A stretch of DNA of 63,514 nt, the filler included, from Stramenopiles sp. TOSAG23-2 (taxonomy: Eukaryota), in NCBI GenBank assembly GCA_900128395.1. It is 8 parts of 8 records of this genome, joined end to end, with 100 filler letters (N's around TTAATTAATTAA, not from the genome) between each part and the next. Parts side by side here need not be neighbours in the genome. Positions count along the whole stretch, not along the records: positions 39,834 to 47,665 come from LT650269.1; positions 47,766 to 55,592 come from LT650270.1; 6 more parts are not named here. One strand, written 5' to 3'. Within the stretch, counting starts at the first letter, position 1; each line of letters starts with the position of its first letter. The notes below the pieces were generated by a model. The model was not told where the DNA came from and did not search any database. It worked only from the letters and a program-made list of their open reading frames with translations. The translations under genes were made by a program, and so were the position numbers. Shown one piece after another: positions 43,701 through 55,178 of this stretch.

Positions 43701-44201
43701 ATCTAAATACAGTCTTTTTTCATCAGGTATTGTTTCTAATTTATTAAGAACGGATATCAAAAACAAATGATAATTTCTTGCAGCAGCCCACATCATTAGC
43801 TGTACAACTTCATTCCGTTTGTGCAAATTCCTGATTCTATGTATCATTTTTAACTCTTCTTGAACAGTTCCAAACTCGGGCTTTCTACGCAAGCAAAAAT
43901 CTGCATATATTCTACTAACAGCACCTTCATAAATCACACTCCAGTGTTCGCATGTTTGTCTACATATTGCCAATTCTTTCACAGATAAAAATCTAAATAC
44001 GTTTTCTTGCAAATCATACGGAAGTGATTCAAAATCAAAAGTACCAGAGTACCATCTTACATTTCCTTTTCCAGGCACGTAGTTAACACCAAATTCACCA
44101 ACTTCTCCTTCTGCTGTAAAGTCATATGCTGCGCTTAACGGTCGTGAAGATGATGAGCTGTTGCTCCCTCGACTAGACGTACGTGGTGAAGCTTTACTCA
44201 T
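40734..44201 (-). CDS. F-box + ankyrin-repeat protein with a C-terminal calcineurin-B-like EF-hand region
   Basis: F-box FESLPYDLQENVFRFLSVKEL...TCEHW; about 8 ankyrin repeats (GTTPLHVAC, GKTPLFIAA); IDAFECF...EDRLRFCFGLFDREGTNKLS. Confidence 0.85.
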   Translation of the reverse strand: MSKASPRTSSRGSNSSSSSRPLSAAYDFTAEGEVGEFGVNYVPGKGNVRWYSGTFDFESLPYDLQENVFRFLSVKELAICRQTCEHWSVIYEGAVSRIYADFCLRRKPEFGTVQEELKMIHRIRNLHKRNEVVQLMMWAAARNYHLFLISVLNKLETIPDEKRLYLDEIYVADGTTPLHVACRNNHVETIKLLLERGADLNATDIRGQTAGHGAVIKNAVIGLITLIQVAKDKNISFDINRTSSSGRTMLYEASGRGYEQIVKVLLCAGGRRDDVLAIEEKEKNDSLINGNSDDGNLDEKEDKLICKNGDVNGLKFDAVPTIIEKSKLPIDIEASTAAMGTLKKPELGTALCAAACNGRITCLEILLQCNANVNALSTDKRSPLFLASEGGHLKCVRSILKFRPPNHENYEEEKIEAEKNNLKRMENNTVNMEKQFPFSVDIDLQGDSGKTPLFIAAENGHVAIANSLVNAGCAVSLPTSLNKTPLYMASEQGHTEIVRILLTRSSSDDVMKTTNYGTTALFIAQRHGHKAIATMITNFCSNHMKQAVQKASFHSNGAKVSAKFQKEYMAKLQRKYNTLEKERSLLVDAQKQVRGDKAQDLCDDISLVSRKLKQVEEEMRRKKSTRRINSKKEKSSKKIASRKSGSDMDIPSSNNAKNQKNGKHKKKGNFNSKTAIKSNLQMKSRRMRNAYAKMDTSDLSTKTEKGSSRNAIENSNDRRNSKNRKRLAELEKALKMEQDKIQLTQNNTNKSTVPCSDIDKTLDNIDKSKINKLKTSMLQNKNDNSNTVVKRAAASLANADKILKRARSVEPPTSNPPEMEKRRPTSNGSSMRPSTIIDEQGLLDDDHVMAIGKLPTPRRSHERLREAQAWSKKSKVKDIPPPAPLSPPSKPMLSPSMPTKVLRQSPASTHGANMDDRLQNKSDPRVDNAKFGQKKEKYVHDAWSCLAGRSLSSIHRCLLRFSKSTSGFLISKPLLAYIYGASPVEVKAVFALLSPEAKIGNNFENDKSEEVKISNGNYDSIDAFECFVATSLLACGPLEDRLRFCFGLFDREGTNKLSKRHVGMLIRCCLTSVSKLHFRAPSIEYMNSVLSSDGVSNLVESAFKRASRKRSKKKNSGKNYDPDYISAKQFARWALDSKSPAPFVQGLIDLVEMVG

Positions 44202-45143
44202 ACTATTTCATTTGTAAGAAGAGAAGTAAAAGTAAAATAGAAAGTTGTTTGTATTATTACTCTGTGTGTGTGTGTGTGTGTGTGTGTAATTAATTCTAAT
44301 TCCTTACCAGGATTACTTCAAGACAATATGACAATAGAAGGCGGCGTTTTGAAATATTATTATCATCATACGATGGAATACGCGAGGCACCTTCTTTTTT
44401 TTTTTTTGAATTTGATTTGCATTTTTGTTGTTTGGCTTTTTGAAATAATAATAACCGTAGAAATGTAGAAATATGAGAAAGAGTATAGTAGAAATAGAAA
44501 TATTTGTGTAGAATACCTTAAAATGCGACGGAGGTTCAGTTACAATAAGGAAAATAGCGATATGGTAACATCTCAAACTACCGGAGAGGGCGCTTTGTTG
44601 TAAATTTTGCAGTACTAATTACACACAATTGGAAAAGTACAGTACTATAGCCCCGCCATCCACGCCCGCTGGACATGTTGTGCACGCCTAAGTTTCAATC
44701 ATCCTTAAGCACACTTCGAGTATCAAGAAGTGAGAAAGAATCGTCCCTTGGCCTTTTTGGCCTTATTTATTCAAACAGATTTAGTGTATCAATTTATGTA
44801 TTTTTATATATGCAGTATTGGATAATTCATAAAATCCAAAAATGAATGTTATTTTGGATGAAAATATCAGAATATCCGATTTTGTATTTATGATATTTCA
44901 ATACGACGTAATAATTATTAATTTATTGTTATTATATTACTTGTTATAGTTGCTATCTGGCTATCCTGGATATCCAGCTAGCTATCCAGGCTACTACTGG
45001 CTATAATTATTATTTCTCTTCTTGATATATATCAGAATATAATTATAACGGTTTTGCATGTGTGCATTCTTGATGTGCTATTCTTGCAATTGACACGATA
45101 TGTAAAAAAAAGAAATTATAACATAAGTCAAAGAATCATTTCA

Positions 45144-46949
45144 ATGGATGCATTGGAATTATTTGCTGGCGAGTCTATTGATATTGAACTGAACGATAAA
45201 AGAAATGACGAATATATTAATAATAATAATATCGATAAGAGTAATAATAATGAGAATTTTTCTTCTAAGTTTTTTAATAATAATGTAAATGATATATCTA
45301 AGCATAATACAACTGTATATGATGTTACAGAAAACGAGCGTTTGGCGGGAGAACAGGGTAGTAAAGATATTGAAAATGTAGAATACGATGATGCTCAATT
45401 AAAAGAAGATCTACTTGATGATCTAGCTGGAAAACATGGCAGTGATGTCTATGAAACTGATAGTTTTGAATCTAAATATGTAGACCAACAGACTGAAGTG
45501 GAAACACAAGTAAGATATCGAGAAAGTAATAAAAATGTAGATAAAAATGTTAATAGCAAAGATGATAATAACAACCAATTATTCAAGGAAAAGATGTTTG
45601 TTTCGTTGGATACTATGTCGCCATCCATTCGATTCTATAGCCATGTCCGTCTTTCATCTGTTTTAGACCATGAAGTAATGTTACTTGCAAAAGGTCCGGA
45701 TAATTACCCTTGGAGTAAACACTTTAGACAAGCTGTTCTTGTACAACATAAAACGCCAATACCCCCATACTTCAATCAATTGCCGTCCGGTGAAAGGCCC
45801 GATACTTTGATCGTACATTCTATACCTGCTATATGGTTTTTAGATGAAGATGATGATGATGTTGAAGAGGAATTAGATGATCGTTTGTACAACTTTACAC
45901 AACGTGGGGCAACTATTTTAGAAGCTGCATTTTTAAGATTTGGCTCAGTAAAAGCCGTTGATCTGTTATTTGAAATGGTTAATCGAGATCAAGAGGATTC
46001 GTTGACTTTCGATGCATATATTCAATTTGAAAAATTTGATGGTTTTTCTAAAGCTTTTTATGCGTTGAACAAGGCAATTATGTATGATGATAGAAATCCA
46101 AAATCACAAGCTTTATGCATATCAAAGTTTGATACTTCTGGTTATTTTTGTAGACAAAATCGTCGTTTACGTGCTGCAAGGCGAGATTTAGCTAAACAGG
46201 AACGAGAACAATCTGAAAAGGCAGCGAAAGTAAAAGCATATCGCAAACATCGTGCTATGAAAGATAAATATAATACATTAATGAAAGAATTTAAAAAATG
46301 CCAAGATAGGTTTGACGCTGTTAATGAAAATGCTAATCCTATTGGCTATTTAAAATCTGTGAAGCATGGTCTTAAAGAAGCTATGACAGCTATGCATATT
46401 GCTGATAAATTATATGAACTAGCAGACAATTATAATGCATTTGGTAAAGCTATTAAACAATTGAAATTATTATTAACTAATGTTGAAAGAATAGTTGATA
46501 AGGAGGTTGCCATTTCGAAATTACGCGTTCCTACGATTTTTGAGGCATTGGAAAATCATCACGCATATACTTTTTCAGACATAGTTCGTTTAAAATTACA
46601 TTCTAATCCGAAATATTTTAATGGTTGCACAATCTTTGTTCCACCTGATCATGCATTTCTAGATGAATATACTGATACATGGGAAGAAGAATGTTGGGGC
46701 ACGCATATAATAAAAGGTCCGTATCATATGCAAGATCTATATATTCTTGGTAACTGTGGTCCTGGCACAATGTTATGTGCCAATATGGCATTTTCTTTAA
46801 ATTGCCGTTTAAATGAAGCTGGGGAATATATAGTATGGTTGACAAAAAGAAAACAACCACGTCGTGTCGTTCGTGTAATTGCATCAGATGTTAAAGTTGA
46901 AGGTGGCTCAATATTGCATTTTATAGACAAAATTATATATCCCGATTGA
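45144..46949 (+). CDS. AKAP17A/XE7-like RRM + coiled coil + C-terminal fasciclin (FAS1) domain
   Basis: GERPDTLIVHSIPAIWF...FLRFGSVKAVDL...FDAYIQF...FDTSGY matches the AKAP17A RRM. TIFVPPDHAF (H1) and DVKVEGGSILHFIDKII (H2) match FAS1. Confidence 0.75.
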   Translation: MDALELFAGESIDIELNDKRNDEYINNNNIDKSNNNENFSSKFFNNNVNDISKHNTTVYDVTENERLAGEQGSKDIENVEYDDAQLKEDLLDDLAGKHGSDVYETDSFESKYVDQQTEVETQVRYRESNKNVDKNVNSKDDNNNQLFKEKMFVSLDTMSPSIRFYSHVRLSSVLDHEVMLLAKGPDNYPWSKHFRQAVLVQHKTPIPPYFNQLPSGERPDTLIVHSIPAIWFLDEDDDDVEEELDDRLYNFTQRGATILEAAFLRFGSVKAVDLLFEMVNRDQEDSLTFDAYIQFEKFDGFSKAFYALNKAIMYDDRNPKSQALCISKFDTSGYFCRQNRRLRAARRDLAKQEREQSEKAAKVKAYRKHRAMKDKYNTLMKEFKKCQDRFDAVNENANPIGYLKSVKHGLKEAMTAMHIADKLYELADNYNAFGKAIKQLKLLLTNVERIVDKEVAISKLRVPTIFEALENHHAYTFSDIVRLKLHSNPKYFNGCTIFVPPDHAFLDEYTDTWEEECWGTHIIKGPYHMQDLYILGNCGPGTMLCANMAFSLNCRLNEAGEYIVWLTKRKQPRRVVRVIASDVKVEGGSILHFIDKIIYPD

Positions 46950-47665
46950 GCTGATGTGACATGACGGTCAGATGTGTCGTCAGACCGGTTTTTCTGAGAG
47001 AGGACTTCCAGTTGTCAAATAAAATTTCATCAAATACTAATAAGTACAAATTACACATATTTTACTATCAAATATGATTTTTGCAAGATCTAATACGAGA
47101 ATAGCAGAAATAACGTACGAATCATTTTTTGAAAATTTATTACTGGATATCCCTAGGGGTTCAAATTTGGTGCATATGCACCAAATTTGATTCGTGGGCA
47201 TTATTTCCACAAGATAGACATACAGTAGCATTACTAAAATGTTCAAAGCTATAATTCTATGTTTTATAAACTGTCCAAAATGTCATTTCCTTCCCTCTGC
47301 TATCTCCATACTAATATCTAAATATCCTATGACTGTTAAGGATTTTGCGCAATTTTATGGGTATTTGCGTATCTTTTTTATAAAGATTTTTTTATTGTAA
47401 TTGTAAATTTTACATCATGTTGTCTATAGTTTTTTCTTCTCATTGTAAAAAATATTCCTCAGACTTCTCAATCTGGAATTTCTATACGATACCAAAAATG
47501 CAATAAAAATCCAGTTTTTACAACACAAGAAATTTAATTTGTTTTTGTGTTGGAAGAGGTGGTCTGGAGAAGTTTTAGTGAGTTGCGAAAGGAAATGTTT
47601 TTATTTCTACCAGTCTACATCATTTATGTTTATTGTTTTACTTTGTGTAAAGAAATTTTTCCATA

Positions 47666-47765
47666 NNNNNNNNNNNNNNNNNNNNNNNNNNNNNNNNNNN
47701 NNNNNNNNNTTAATTAATTAANNNNNNNNNNNNNNNNNNNNNNNNNNNNNNNNNNNNNNNNNNNN
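47666..47765. other. Artificial contig spacer
   Basis: N44-TTAATTAATTAA-N44. Confidence 0.99.
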
Positions 47766-48056
47766 TCTCCTATCAATAACACTACTAACAAGTACAAACA
47801 ATAATATCTATTTTTTGATGATATAGCTAATAATGCTATATTATTATTATTCTAATTATAAATATTAATATTAAATATATATATTATTTGGCATACACAG
47901 GTAGAACAAAAAACATAATAATAAATAAAACATTTTTTCATATCACAATAGTCTAATGGAACAAAACAAAACAAAACAACAAAAAAAACATCATCTGCAA
48001 TCACACACACACATATATATATTCTAACATTACCACCACCACGCCATCATACCACA

Positions 48057-49694
48057 ATGACAAATCGTATGAAACAATATGTAAAACAAAAAATTCAATA
48101 TAATACGAATCAATATATACGACAAATTAATCATAATTATAAAGAAAAGAATCAACCATTTTCTTTCAACATTCTATCATTTTCAACAACTACTATTGAT
48201 GAAATAGAACAAAAAAAAACAGCGATGAGAACCCATACATGTGGGGAGTTAACAGATGCAAGTGCAGGCGAAAGTGTTACACTTGTTGGATGGGTACAAT
48301 CATTACGAAGTGCGAAAGGTGGTATGGCATTTGCTACTTTAAGAGATGCATATGGTGAAACACAAATTATAAAACCTGCATCAGTTATGATAAATAATAA
48401 TAACGACAACGACGACAATAATGAATTACCATTAGAATCTGTTGTGTGTATCAAAGGTACTGTGCAAGCAAGGCCAACAAATCAAGTGAAGAAAGATAAA
48501 TCTACTGGTACGATCGAAGTGGTAGCTGATAATATTGAAATATATAATAAAGCAGATTGGGAAAATGTTCCTTTGGTTCAAAAACAACATTTTAATCCAA
48601 AAAGTCCATTAGCATCTGAAGCTTTGCGCTTGAAATATCGACATTTAGATTTGCGTAGGCCTGTAATGCAACGAAATTTGCGCCTTCGTGCTGCTGTTAC
48701 TTCAGCTGCACGCAATTCGTTAGAAACGTTAGGATTTGTTGATGTCGAAACTCCATTGCTTTTTAAAAGTACACCTGAGGGAGCACGTGAATTCCTCGTC
48801 CCAACACGTACACCGGAACGTTTTTGGGCATTGCCACAATCCCCACAACAATATAAACAACTTTTAATGGTAGCAGGTTTAGATCGATATTATCAAATAG
48901 CACGTTGTTTTAGGGATGAAAGTGGCCGTGCTGATCGACAACCAGAATTTACACAATTGGATATTGAAATGTCATTTATTGATTCAAATGATATCATGTT
49001 AGTAGTTGAATCAGTAGTTGAAAATATGATAAATGCATCGAAAGAAATATTAATCACTCATCGTAATAATAATAATAATACTGTAAAACAAAATGATAAT
49101 AATAATACCAATACTGACAAATTTGAAATTTCTAAAATTACATATGAAGAAGCTGGATGTGATAAACCAAATTTACCAGGATATACATGGGTAACTGAAT
49201 TTCCTTTGTTTGAATTGAATGAAGAAACGGGAATGATAGAATCTACACATCATCCTTTCACTAGTCCACATCCGGATGATGAACATATATTATGGGAAGC
49301 AATTAATAATAAAGATCCAATGAAAGCTTTGGATGTGCGTGGTTTGCATTATGATCTAGTTACTCAAGGTGTAGAAGTAGGTGGTGGATCAATACGTATT
49401 CATGATTCTAAATTGCAATTAGGTGTATTTGAAGATATATTAAGACTTTCACCAAATCAAGTCGGTTCTTTTTATCATTTACTAGATGCATTAGATCATG
49501 GTTGTCCTCCACATGGTGGTATAGCACTTGGGCTGGATAGATTTATCTCCTTGCTATGTGGTGACGAAGTGGAAAGTATACGTGATGTCATTGCATTTCC
49601 AAAATCAACTGCTGGAGAGGAAGTTATGACAGGTGCACCTGGTATGGTAACAAAAGAACAATTAGATGAATATCATATTGTAACAAAAGTTTAA
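48057..49694 (+). CDS. DARS2: Mitochondrial (bacterial-type) aspartyl-tRNA synthetase with N-terminal extension
   Basis: RTHTCGEL, RLKYRHLDLRR, STPEGAREFLVP, LPQSPQQYKQLLM, ARCFRDE, DRQPEFTQLDIEMSF, HHPFT, GGGSIRIH, PPHGGIALGLDR and IRDVIAFPKS. Confidence 0.96.
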   Translation: MTNRMKQYVKQKIQYNTNQYIRQINHNYKEKNQPFSFNILSFSTTTIDEIEQKKTAMRTHTCGELTDASAGESVTLVGWVQSLRSAKGGMAFATLRDAYGETQIIKPASVMINNNNDNDDNNELPLESVVCIKGTVQARPTNQVKKDKSTGTIEVVADNIEIYNKADWENVPLVQKQHFNPKSPLASEALRLKYRHLDLRRPVMQRNLRLRAAVTSAARNSLETLGFVDVETPLLFKSTPEGAREFLVPTRTPERFWALPQSPQQYKQLLMVAGLDRYYQIARCFRDESGRADRQPEFTQLDIEMSFIDSNDIMLVVESVVENMINASKEILITHRNNNNNTVKQNDNNNTNTDKFEISKITYEEAGCDKPNLPGYTWVTEFPLFELNEETGMIESTHHPFTSPHPDDEHILWEAINNKDPMKALDVRGLHYDLVTQGVEVGGGSIRIHDSKLQLGVFEDILRLSPNQVGSFYHLLDALDHGCPPHGGIALGLDRFISLLCGDEVESIRDVIAFPKSTAGEEVMTGAPGMVTKEQLDEYHIVTKV

Positions 49695-49933
49695 AGAGGA
49701 GAGAGAGAACATAGAGCGTGCTGTAATGATAGATATCAAAACACATAATATAATAAAAATATTTTTTTTAATATCCTCTAGTTCGCTGGTTCGCTGGTTC
49801 GATACACTCGTACACGTTCGTACCGCTTCTGGGTATTATACTCTTTTTCTATCTCAATACATTACGCATAAATATTAATATATTACATATGCACGTCGTA
49901 TCATTATTTTACGAATATTACGTACCACATTTT

Positions 49934-52569
49934 CTACGATGAAGATGTATTATTCGTGCCATTGATACTAATATCTCCATTTGATGAATTTTGATTCCAT
50001 TTCATAATAGTTCGTAATGATATTTCATTTCCATCATGTTTATCATTGGATAATGTAATACACATTTCATCTAATACCGCATTTGTGGATTCTAAATCCC
50101 AGCTACCATCGTCACTTGTTTCTCCATCATTTGCTGAATTTACAAATTTAGCAAAGGATGCTGCATCTTGAAAAAATAATGGTGAATTTCCACCAGCAAT
50201 ACACATGATTCCCTTTGCAGTTAATTTTGCATTTACACCTTTATACTTTATAGCGCAAACTTTTCTACCAACTTTATTAAATATAAGTTGTAAAGATTTC
50301 GGATTGATTGCTGCTTGGTCTAATTGAGACGTCGTCGTTGTTATTGATTTTTCAACAACTTTATCCCATATATCGTCCCATTCACCATCATCAGTTCCAT
50401 CTTTATTATTATTACTACTACTATTATTATGAAGATGAAAACTATCTACAACATTATTTTGGTTTGAGTTATTATTATTATTATTGTTATGATTGTCTAC
50501 ATCCGTTGTATCAAAATTACTATCTGCAAATGGATCCTCATCGTCATCCTCTTCATTGTTGTTATTTACAGTATCTACCATTATATCAAAAACATCATCT
50601 TCATTGTCATTATTGAAATCATTAACGTCGAATGCATCAAAAACATCAGCGGAAGATGAATGATGTTTGTTTACACTACTGCTAGTCATCACGTCTTCTG
50701 ATTTCATTTTATTGCTTTTTTCTTCAAAAACATCTTCTACCTCTTCACCATCATTATTATTATTGTTATTATCTTCAAAATCACTATCCCAATCGTTAAA
50801 ACTAACTCCAACATTTGAATTTGGAGAGCCCCTCCCTTCTATTGAACTACTTTGCGATGCACGTCTTTCATTTACCTCTGGTGCAAATGCTGATTCATCT
50901 ACAGGAAAATCATTAAATGCATTTAATTCATTGTTATTATTATTATCATTTTCCGTCGACCAAACCGTATCACCCCATCCATCATCAGCATCATTATTTT
51001 CGTTTATTTCTTTTGGTTTACTACTATTCTTGGTATCAAGCTGTTGATTATTATTATCCATTTGTTCAAATGCATTTTCATCATCAAAAATATTTTCTTC
51101 ATTATTATTATTATTAGTAGTAGTAGTATCTACATTTTCAAATGGATTGTCATCAAACATAATTTCCTCGTTTTTTACTTCGACTACTGCAGCTTCTATT
51201 TCTTTTCTTTTTTTCTTCGTTTTTTTTCCCTTTTCTGCAGGTGCTGCTGTTAATAACATAGCAATTTCTTCATTCTTTTTGTTCAATTCTTCATTTAATA
51301 ACTTTATTTTCTTACCATATTCCTTTTCCATCTTTTCTATAATCTTCGTTTGTTTTTTCATATTATTCTGAATCTCTGATTTAGAATTTACTTTTTTATT
51401 TAATTGAGATATTGTCTGTTTGTATTCACTTTCCTTTTGTTCCATCATTAACTTGTGTGACTGTTCTGTATCAACTTTAATCTTAGAAATCATTTGCTTT
51501 GATTTTTCTTCAACTTCTATAATTTTTTTCCCCATCTCATTCTTGTATTTTTCAATAATTTTTCGTTCCATTTCTTTTAAATCTTTCTCTTGCTTTTGTT
51601 GTTGTTGATGTTGATGTTTTTGGACACTATTATTATTTTGATTGAATTGTATTTTTAATTGTTTAATTTCATTTTGATGTTTTGTATTTAAATTTTGTAT
51701 TTCCAGTTGGAATGTATTGTTTTGATTTAACTGTTCCTGTTTTAACTTGTTTTTAAACTCGTTTTCTATTTTTGCAAGGTAGCTTTTTAATGTTTTTGTA
51801 CTTTCCATTGCATATTCGTCTTTAAATGTCTCCAATAATGCATCATTCCGAGATTTTTCTGCTTGCAAAGCTTCATTTAATAATATTTCTTGACGAGTTT
51901 TCTCTTCTTTAATCATTCTTTGATATTCTTCATCTTTTTGTTTTTGAAACATATCATATTCTTCTTGCTTTCGCTTCACTTCATTTTCAACACGTAAATT
52001 TGCTTCATCGTGCAATTCTTTCATAGCATTTTCATGTTGCACACGTTCATTTTCTAAAATTTCATCTATTTTATTTAATCTATTTTCCATGATATTTTTT
52101 CGGAGAGATGATATCTCTATATTATGACGTTCCCGTTCCTTGTCAATAAATTGTTCCATATCTTTTTGCATTTTCTTTTGTGCGTTAATGAGCGCATTGT
52201 CTATAGCTTCTTCTTTACTAGCACGTTCTACTTTCAATGCCTTTCTCATACTATCAACGACTTCCTCCCAACGTTCTCTTTCTTGATTTACTGCATTTAT
52301 TAATAACATTTTATTGACTTCTCTATTTTTTTCTTGTGAATTTGCCAATGCTTCATTCATTAAACGTCGTTCTTCCTCTGCACGTTTTTGAACACCTTTC
52401 ATGGCTTCTAAAACTTGAGCATTTTTCCTCAATTCTTCAGTAACTTCTTGTAATCTTGAATGGCATTCAACGTATTTAACCTCTAACTTTTCATAATCTA
52501 TTAATGATTTGGTCAATGCTTGACGAAGGGCATAATTGGTAATAGCATCGTTGTTATTGTTGTTGTTGT

Positions 52570-52601
<32 letters not shown>

Positions 52602-52927
52602 ATACTATTATTTTTCTGATCCACTTTTTGTATTCCATTATTATTATTATTATTGTTATAATTATTATTATTATTTCTATTCTTATTTGACTTCAATGTT
52701 TCACGGCCATCTTTTGGTGGACTACGTCGTTTATATCTACTTTTTTTTTTCACTTTGACAGTTGATATTTTCATATATGGTGGAATACTATTTGCTGTCG
52801 ACTGCAATGAAGCAGGTGGCATATTATTCATTCGTTGATAAGGCCTTGGTTGGTCAAGTTCAGAATGTATATCATATTTAGGTATTTCAAATTGTTTCCC
52901 ACCACCTTGTCGTGATGACCAAGACAT
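49934..52927 (-). CDS. Large coiled-coil protein with an acidic tail bearing NPF/DPF/W-acidic motifs
   Basis: 997-aa ORF with long heptad runs and DDNPFE, EDPFAD, DDGWGD and EWDDIWD motifs. Confidence 0.75.
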
Positions 52928-53325
52928 GTTGTTGTATTATTATAGATATATCTGCTTTTGATTCTTTCTCTTCGCTTATATTACTACTATTATTACTACT
53001 GTTCTTTGGTACCCCTTTTCTGTTTTATTTATTCTTCTTCAGCACACCACACACAGCAGAGACGACTTCGACTGTATTTACTATCGATCATATCTAAATT
53101 CCAATCAATTCTTTTTTTTTTCTTTCCTTCATAGTAGCGAATGATTTGATCTAAGTACAACATATATATTCATTTAACATATACACAACATCTCAAATAT
53201 TAGTATACGATAATACATACCTACCAACTTTCCACTCATTAAAAAATTCAACAAAGCACTTTACCTGGTATCAATAATATCGACGACATCGAAAACGAAT
53301 AAATAAGAAAAAAACGAGATCATCA

Positions 53326-53562
53326 AAATTTCATTCAGTATGTTTTTGGTATTCTAATGCCTAATGTCATCCTATCAAGAAGAGCAAAATCTCGAAATCT
53401 CGAAATTTCATTCAGTGTTATAGTATGTTTTTGGTATACTATTCTAATGTCATCATCCTATCAAGAAGAACAAAATGCAAAATCTCGAAATTTCATTCAG
53501 TATTATAGTATGTTTTTTGGTATTCTAATGTCATCCTATCAAGAAGAACAAAATCTCGAAAT
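53326..53562. repeat. Three degenerate tandem units (~77-85 bp)
   Basis: aaatttcattcagt...tctaatgtcatcctatcaagaaga.caaaatctcg starting at 53326, 53403 and 53488. Confidence 0.85.
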
Positions 53563-53893
53563 TATTTCGCTTTTTTTTAGCTAACTATTTCGTCTCTAAT
53601 AGTATTATTATGCTAATTGTTTATATTAATTTCTTGTTTTTCCATAAATCTAGAATAAAGGTGCATATTTTTGAGTTGTTCACTCAGGGCACCCATATAG
53701 GAATAGTATGGGGAACTAACTATATATCCGGCTTTTTGGATCAAAACAACAACCGTTATAGCTTCCAATTATACACATATTAACAACACATGATGGGTAC
53801 AAATTCATATAAAACCATCTCTCTCATTCCATTATCCATACACCTACTCATACCTCCACCACCACTACACAAACAAAATAATAAAACATAAAA

Positions 53894-54667
53894 ATGGCAC
53901 AATATGGTATTGTTGATTATTGGAACAAACGATATACAGAAGCAGATCATGTTACGTTGAAAATAATAAAAGAATATGATTGGTATGTAGATGCGGAAGA
54001 TGCGAAAAATTTAGTCATATCCTATTTAGCTGGAAAATTAGAAGCTAAAATTTTAATAATCGGTTGTGGTATATCGTTGTTAACACGTGAATTGTATAAA
54101 GAAGGATTTAAAAATTTAACAGCAATTGATTTTTGTGAAGAAGCCATATCAATTATGCGAGAACGAGATAAAGATTTAGAAGGTTTACAAATATTAGTCA
54201 TGGATGTACGTAATTTAAGTATGTTTCCTGACCACGCTTTTGATTGTATAGTAGATAAAGCATGTATCGATGCCGTCATGTCCAGTAATAGTTCCATTGA
54301 AGCAGCACATAAAGCATTGGAAGAGACCTCGCGAGTATTAGCACCAGAAGGTATTTTCCTATCATTTTCATATGCAGATATACAATCTAGATATCCTCAC
54401 TTAAAAAAAGATCAATTTGAATGGACAGTTGGTCAAACTAGTATGTCGACTGGTATTGATAATGATATATCATATAGTGTCTTTATAGCAACAAAATGGA
54501 ATGCAAAACAAAAGGCGGAATGGCAAATAGAGGAAGATAAACGTTTGGAATTATTACAAATAAAACTTGAAAAACAAAAAGCAGAAGAAAGAAGATTACC
54601 TGGTGAAGATACAGATGATGAAGATGATATAAAGAAACTTGAAAATGTGAAAAAGGAAAAGAAATAA
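53894..54667 (+). CDS. METTL13/EEF1AKMT4-like SAM-dependent methyltransferase
   Basis: YWNKRY, YDWY, ILIIGCGISLL, MDVRNL, VDKACIDA and RVLAPEG. Confidence 0.88.
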   Translation: MAQYGIVDYWNKRYTEADHVTLKIIKEYDWYVDAEDAKNLVISYLAGKLEAKILIIGCGISLLTRELYKEGFKNLTAIDFCEEAISIMRERDKDLEGLQILVMDVRNLSMFPDHAFDCIVDKACIDAVMSSNSSIEAAHKALEETSRVLAPEGIFLSFSYADIQSRYPHLKKDQFEWTVGQTSMSTGIDNDISYSVFIATKWNAKQKAEWQIEEDKRLELLQIKLEKQKAEERRLPGEDTDDEDDIKKLENVKKEKK

Positions 54668-54983
54668 AATATATGGCATATATATATACGTATATGAGAT
54701 ATGAGATATAGATACAGATAGTCGTCTACTATGAAAAGAATGAATGATTGCCTTTTTTTTGTGATACGGACCGTAATAAAAATAAATGTGTGGGGGGGAA
54801 ATCGTTTTCGCGTATATTTTCGTACGTAGTATTATTTTTTGATTTTAATTTTTTTCTCAACTGCAATATCCACATACATAAAACATCTCTCTAAAAATCT
54901 CTCTTTACACACAAGGCCACATGTCAAATGTCAAAATTGATGTTATATCTATCATGGAATTTCGTACGAGCTTGTATATTTTA

Positions 54984-55117
54984 TCAAATACATATAAAAA
55001 ATAAAAATAAACACATTTGAACTGGTGATGATGGACTCTCATCAATATCTTCACCCATCATTACTTTCGGTTTGAACCCCAGCAGCAGGTATTTGGTCTT
55101 GTGTATGTTTTTAAAAA
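54984..55117 (-). repeat. Degenerate copy of the 3' end of the adjacent methyltransferase gene
   Basis: aaataaacacatttgaactgg...tatcttcacccatca...gtttgaac parallels 55201-55257. Confidence 0.7.
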
Positions 55118-55178
55118 CGCGCGCGCCATATTATACAAAACACATCTCTATTACATATAATCATGTACATAATAATGA

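Noticed and set aside
44739-44790. atcgtcccttggcctttttggcc resembling the U2 snRNA 5' stem
   Set aside because: It lacks the invariant AAGATCAAGTGTAGTATCTG branch-site pairing region.
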